From: Armatimonadota bacterium
GTDB taxonomy: Bacteria > Armatimonadota > UBA5829 > DTLH01
NCBI GenBank assembly: GCA_039680575.1
Contig: JBDKSP010000086.1
Location: forward strand, 1-19,993
Reading direction: 5' to 3'
Length of the DNA stretch: 19,993 nt
Shown here: piece by piece, positions 16,749 to 19,993 of the stretch
Layout of the letters: every line of letters starts with the position of its first letter
How positions within the stretch are numbered: the first letter of the stretch is position 1
Position numbers and translations under genes: made by a program
The notes under the pieces: model-generated
What the model was told of the DNA's origin: nothing
The model's database searches: none
What the model saw: only the letters and a program-made list of their open reading frames with translations

Positions 16749-17501
16749 CTATTTAATAGCAAATATGGAGTCCGGCAGGCCGGTATTGGCACGCAGGTTC
16801 TTTATGGACACCGATCCGGCGTAGCCTCCATCGGCGGAGTATACCTTCACGTTGGTTGCGACGGGGACTTTTCCTATCATCTTGTGGCCTGTGTATATGT
16901 TGCGCGATTTCAGGCGTCCGTCGCCCTTGTATCGCTCGCGTTTGACGACTTTCAGCGTCTTTGTCTCGATCCAGACCAGTTCCTTGCGCTTGTCATCAGT
17001 CCCTTTCGGGGTGAGCTGGAGGGTTGCGATGCCTTTGGACTCCGAAATCAGCTTGATGTTATTGTCGCGCCACATCGAGTCCGATGCAAAGCCTAGATCG
17101 AGGGTAGTCTGCTTCTTCGCGCGGTCTCTGGAAAGATCGTCGGTCTTCTTCAGCATGATCGAAGGGGCGGTAATCTGCTTTTTGTTACCGTTCAGCACAT
17201 AAGTGACATCCACACCCTTTGCCTTGCCCTGCGCGCGGAATTTGTCCGGCCTTTTGTAAGAGACCGCCACCTCACGAAAACCGTGGTCAAGAAACTCCAG
17301 AATCCCTTTACTGATCTCTTTGGCCTCGCCCTTGCTGGCAGGGTGAACCACCATATTGCCTTTGAGATCGGATATCGAGCTGCATGCGACCGTTAACCGC
17401 TTTCGCAGCCCGGCGGACGTTTCCGCGTTCGCCATAGATGCCATTATGACCGCGATGGATGCCGCCAGTACCACCCGCCGCAGAATAGAAATACGAGCCA
17501 T
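16749..17501 (-). CDS. LolA-like / outer-membrane lipoprotein-sorting family secreted protein
   Basis: Signal peptide and the LolA-like motifs YKRPDKFR, LQLTPK, VWIETKTL, ERY..DG and NTGLPDSIF. RBS GGAAGGAG. Confidence 0.7.
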   Translation of the reverse strand: MARISILRRVVLAASIAVIMASMANAETSAGLRKRLTVACSSISDLKGNMVVHPASKGEAKEISKGILEFLDHGFREVAVSYKRPDKFRAQGKAKGVDVTYVLNGNKKQITAPSIMLKKTDDLSRDRAKKQTTLDLGFASDSMWRDNNIKLISESKGIATLQLTPKGTDDKRKELVWIETKTLKVVKRERYKGDGRLKSRNIYTGHKMIGKVPVATNVKVYSADGGYAGSVSIKNLRANTGLPDSIFAIK

Positions 17502-17619
17502 TGCTTAACTCCTTCCAGTAGTGCCTTTATTGTTAATACGGAAAACATATCGGCTCAGTTGCCGCTTTTCTTTATATGCTAGACGATGGAAATATATGAA
17601 AGTTGCAGAAACATGAGGA

Positions 17620-17661
17620 ACCAGTCGGGGTTTCACTGTCCAGCGTGAAGCTCCGACTGGT
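17620..17661. terminator. 17-bp stem-loop downstream of the large secreted-protein gene
   Basis: ACCAGTCGGGGTTTCAC/GTGAAGCTCCGACTGGT, with 15 Watson-Crick pairs and 2 G-U pairs on the + strand. Confidence 0.55.
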
Positions 17662-17698
17662 ATATTGCAGATTCTAAAGAGGGCTCTGAGACAAGCTA

Positions 17699-19696
17699 TT
17701 AAGGACCTAACAGCTCTACAGAGTTTGCATCGCGCGGCCTTATCACCCGGATCAGGCTCGTGCCCTGCGTTTCACAGCTTGAAATCCCGATAACCTTCAC
17801 CCACTTACCTACCGGGTCTTCAGTTGTCGGGACATTTCCGTAGACTTTTACACCGGTATAGCCTGAACCGTCTTTTATACCTGAGCCATCGTCTATATAG
17901 AATATTCCGTCCTCGGAATATGTCACCTTGCCCCATGCAGTGATCAACAGCCCCGTATTGCTCAGTCCAGTCGCTCCGGTGATGCCCATCTGGCCGCTCC
18001 TGAGCGCCGGATCATAGGCGTATCCTTCTCCGCCGATCTCCTTGTTCGTCATTCCGACCGGACCGACTTCGCCGGAACCATCCGGCGTGATTATGGCGGC
18101 GTTAATAGTGCGTTCACCCTGCTGAGTAGCGAGAGTGCCGTAAACCGTTACTTTTGCATTGGGCAGAATCCCATGTCCAGGTTTGTCCACGCGGATACCC
18201 ATAGACCGGTCTTCCGATTCGACATAGAGATAATCCTCAAATGCAGCGGTCACAACCGCATCACTGATACCGGCAAGTGTCCCTTTCGGCAGAGCCTTAG
18301 CGGACTTGATGCTGACGGTTTGCGGCAGTTGGCTCTCGAACACAAGCTGCCATTCCTGTCCGGCTGTGAGATTGGCGTCGCCCTGCGCCCAAAGCTGCAT
18401 TATCGCCATATCATCGGTTATTCTCACCTGGCGCGCGTTCGAACTGACAACTGTCGCTGTACCTATCCGAAAAGGCAGGAAAGCGAAAACGGGCTTAGCC
18501 ATATTGGTCGCATAATTCAGCTTGACCTTCATGGTAAAGCGGCATACGCCTGGAGTATCAGTCGCAGCGTAAGTCAGTGACTGGCTGTAGGGCGGAGTGT
18601 GGCCTCCCTCGTATGCTTCGACTCTTGCTTGGTAGGCAGGATCGCCATAGATTGCGTACACGTCACGGTCATAAGTCAGTTTGCTCTGGTCTATACCAGG
18701 GGTTACAAACTCCTGGTCGAACAGGAGTGACTGGTTAGTCAAAAAGATACTCTCAGCGAAAGTATAACGGTCGACCATATCCATGAAGAAATTATAAACG
18801 CCCCATCCCATATATCCGTTATCGGTCGTGACCACGTATCCGGCAAACTGGACCACGCCGCCGGAATGGATCCATGACGGAACCATATGACTGACGCTGT
18901 ACGCCAGTCCTATAAGGCAGTTACCAGGAGCGTAATACACCTTGGGGTTGGTCGAATTGATATTATAAATTGCTTTTTCATACGATTTACCGTAGACGAG
19001 GCCGTTGTTGGAATAGAACATCCCGTCAAGACCGACATTCGGGTAGTGGAGCTGCCATGAGGACTGTGACGCGTGGCCGCTTGAGACAACCAGGTCCACA
19101 GTGTTTGTGTTGATTTCGCTCACGAGAGCGGATGTATCGTCAACCGGTCCGATCTGTGTTGTATCTATAGGCTGGCAGTCCGGTTTGACCCACATCATGG
19201 TATAGTCCACTTCGGAATGAAATATCCCGGAGCGAAGGCAGTCGATCCATCCGGGGCAGGTCTTTGTGAGCCCTTTTCTTATGGAAAGCGAAGGAGATTC
19301 CACTACCCTCTTCGCATCCGCCGCGTTATAACCTGTCAGGATCCCCCAAATGAAGTCGCCGTAGATGTCGCTATCGAGTGAGCGGGAAAGCTGATATACC
19401 GTCTGAACATACGCTTTACCGAGCTCGGAGAGCTGTCCGACGAAACAGACATATCTCGGCATTTTCTCTGAAAGAGCTGTTTGCACCGAAGTCGGAAACG
19501 CAGTACCCGAGTAAGTTACGAGATCAGCATCATGCTTTGCCACGAGGGTATCGACAACATCCTTCCATGAAGCGTCGGCATAGGTGCTGCTGCTGACCAC
19601 GACAGCATAGCCGCCTGCGGTATCCACACAATATCCGTAGGAGCAGCATAGAGCAAACAATACCAACATAAGTCCGCAAGTTATCGAAGTCTTCAT
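17699..19696 (-). CDS. Secreted protein with putative caspase/gingipain-like (clan CD) domain and C-terminal OB-fold-like module
   Basis: ATG 19696 follows AAAGGA and begins a signal peptide. Contains VVSSGHA, YYAPGNC and a C25-like YAIYGDPA. The C-terminal ~205 aa include YVESEDRSMGIRV and FYIDDGSG. Confidence 0.6.
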   Translation of the reverse strand: MKTSITCGLMLVLFALCCSYGYCVDTAGGYAVVVSSSTYADASWKDVVDTLVAKHDADLVTYSGTAFPTSVQTALSEKMPRYVCFVGQLSELGKAYVQTVYQLSRSLDSDIYGDFIWGILTGYNAADAKRVVESPSLSIRKGLTKTCPGWIDCLRSGIFHSEVDYTMMWVKPDCQPIDTTQIGPVDDTSALVSEINTNTVDLVVSSGHASQSSWQLHYPNVGLDGMFYSNNGLVYGKSYEKAIYNINSTNPKVYYAPGNCLIGLAYSVSHMVPSWIHSGGVVQFAGYVVTTDNGYMGWGVYNFFMDMVDRYTFAESIFLTNQSLLFDQEFVTPGIDQSKLTYDRDVYAIYGDPAYQARVEAYEGGHTPPYSQSLTYAATDTPGVCRFTMKVKLNYATNMAKPVFAFLPFRIGTATVVSSNARQVRITDDMAIMQLWAQGDANLTAGQEWQLVFESQLPQTVSIKSAKALPKGTLAGISDAVVTAAFEDYLYVESEDRSMGIRVDKPGHGILPNAKVTVYGTLATQQGERTINAAIITPDGSGEVGPVGMTNKEIGGEGYAYDPALRSGQMGITGATGLSNTGLLITAWGKVTYSEDGIFYIDDGSGIKDGSGYTGVKVYGNVPTTEDPVGKWVKVIGISSCETQGTSLIRVIRPRDANSVELLGP

Positions 19697-19795
19697 ATCT
19701 GTACGTCCTTTAAGAGATGATTTTAGAAATGGAACACCACTACCTACATTAGAACGCAAGAATCGTAAGATGTCAATGGCTGCTTGCTGCCGATG

Positions 19796-19993
19796 CAGGA
19801 CAAACGCACAAGTATAATTTCCGTTAAGAGTGCATGCGAAGGATTAATTGCGAGTACAGTTTGTGACATATATTACAATTAGGTACTATTAAAAAGGTTG
19901 TAGAAGTAGTAGGTATATTGCATACTTGAGGTATACCTATGGAACCGAACATCTTCGACGAATATTTTGATGAACTCGATGATCCGAGACTAG
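19796..19993 (+). mobile_element. Left end of an ISAs1-family insertion sequence, truncated by the window edge
   Basis: CAGGACAAACGCAC at 19796 resembles ISAs1-type termini (CAGGGCAA.CGCA). It is followed by an ORF start with the F..L.DPR pattern. Confidence 0.55.
19939..19993 (+). CDS. N-terminus of ISAs1-family transposase (partial)
   Basis: GAGGT RBS, then MEPNIFDEYFDELDDPRL, open at the window end. The DPR motif is typical of the H-repeat-associated transposase N-terminus. Confidence 0.55.
   Translation, partial: MEPNIFDEYFDELDDPRL

Overview
Bacterial chromosomal window, probably Armatimonadota. This is inferred from the PEP-CTERM protein, the outer-membrane proteins and the style of the C-terminal OB-fold-like module. 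Gene order: PEP-CTERM protein (-), PPi-dependent phosphofructokinase (+), CNNM/CBS hemolysin-family protein (-), DgkA-PAP2 fusion (-), TetR + heterodimeric ABC exporter (+), TPR protein (-), UDP-glucose dehydrogenase (-), Nudix hydrolase (+), DUF3800 protein (+), thiL (+), TorF-like porin (+), small ACT-like protein (-), LolA-like protein (-), secreted caspase/gingipain-like protein (-), and the left end of an ISAs1-like element at the edge. The best candidate for an undescribed system is an AT-rich DUF3800 gene with a convergent ~65-nt structured RNA. That RNA has its own antisense sigma70-type promoter and U-tract, suggesting a protein+ncRNA toxin-antitoxin or defence module. Other notable signals: a 242-bp element bounded by perfect 19-bp inverted repeats upstream of dgkA, a promoter-to-terminator sRNA candidate with an anti-SD tract, a leader terminator before the PEP-CTERM gene, and inverted heptamer arrays bracketing the TetR-ABC cassette. 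All calls were made by eye, with no database searches.
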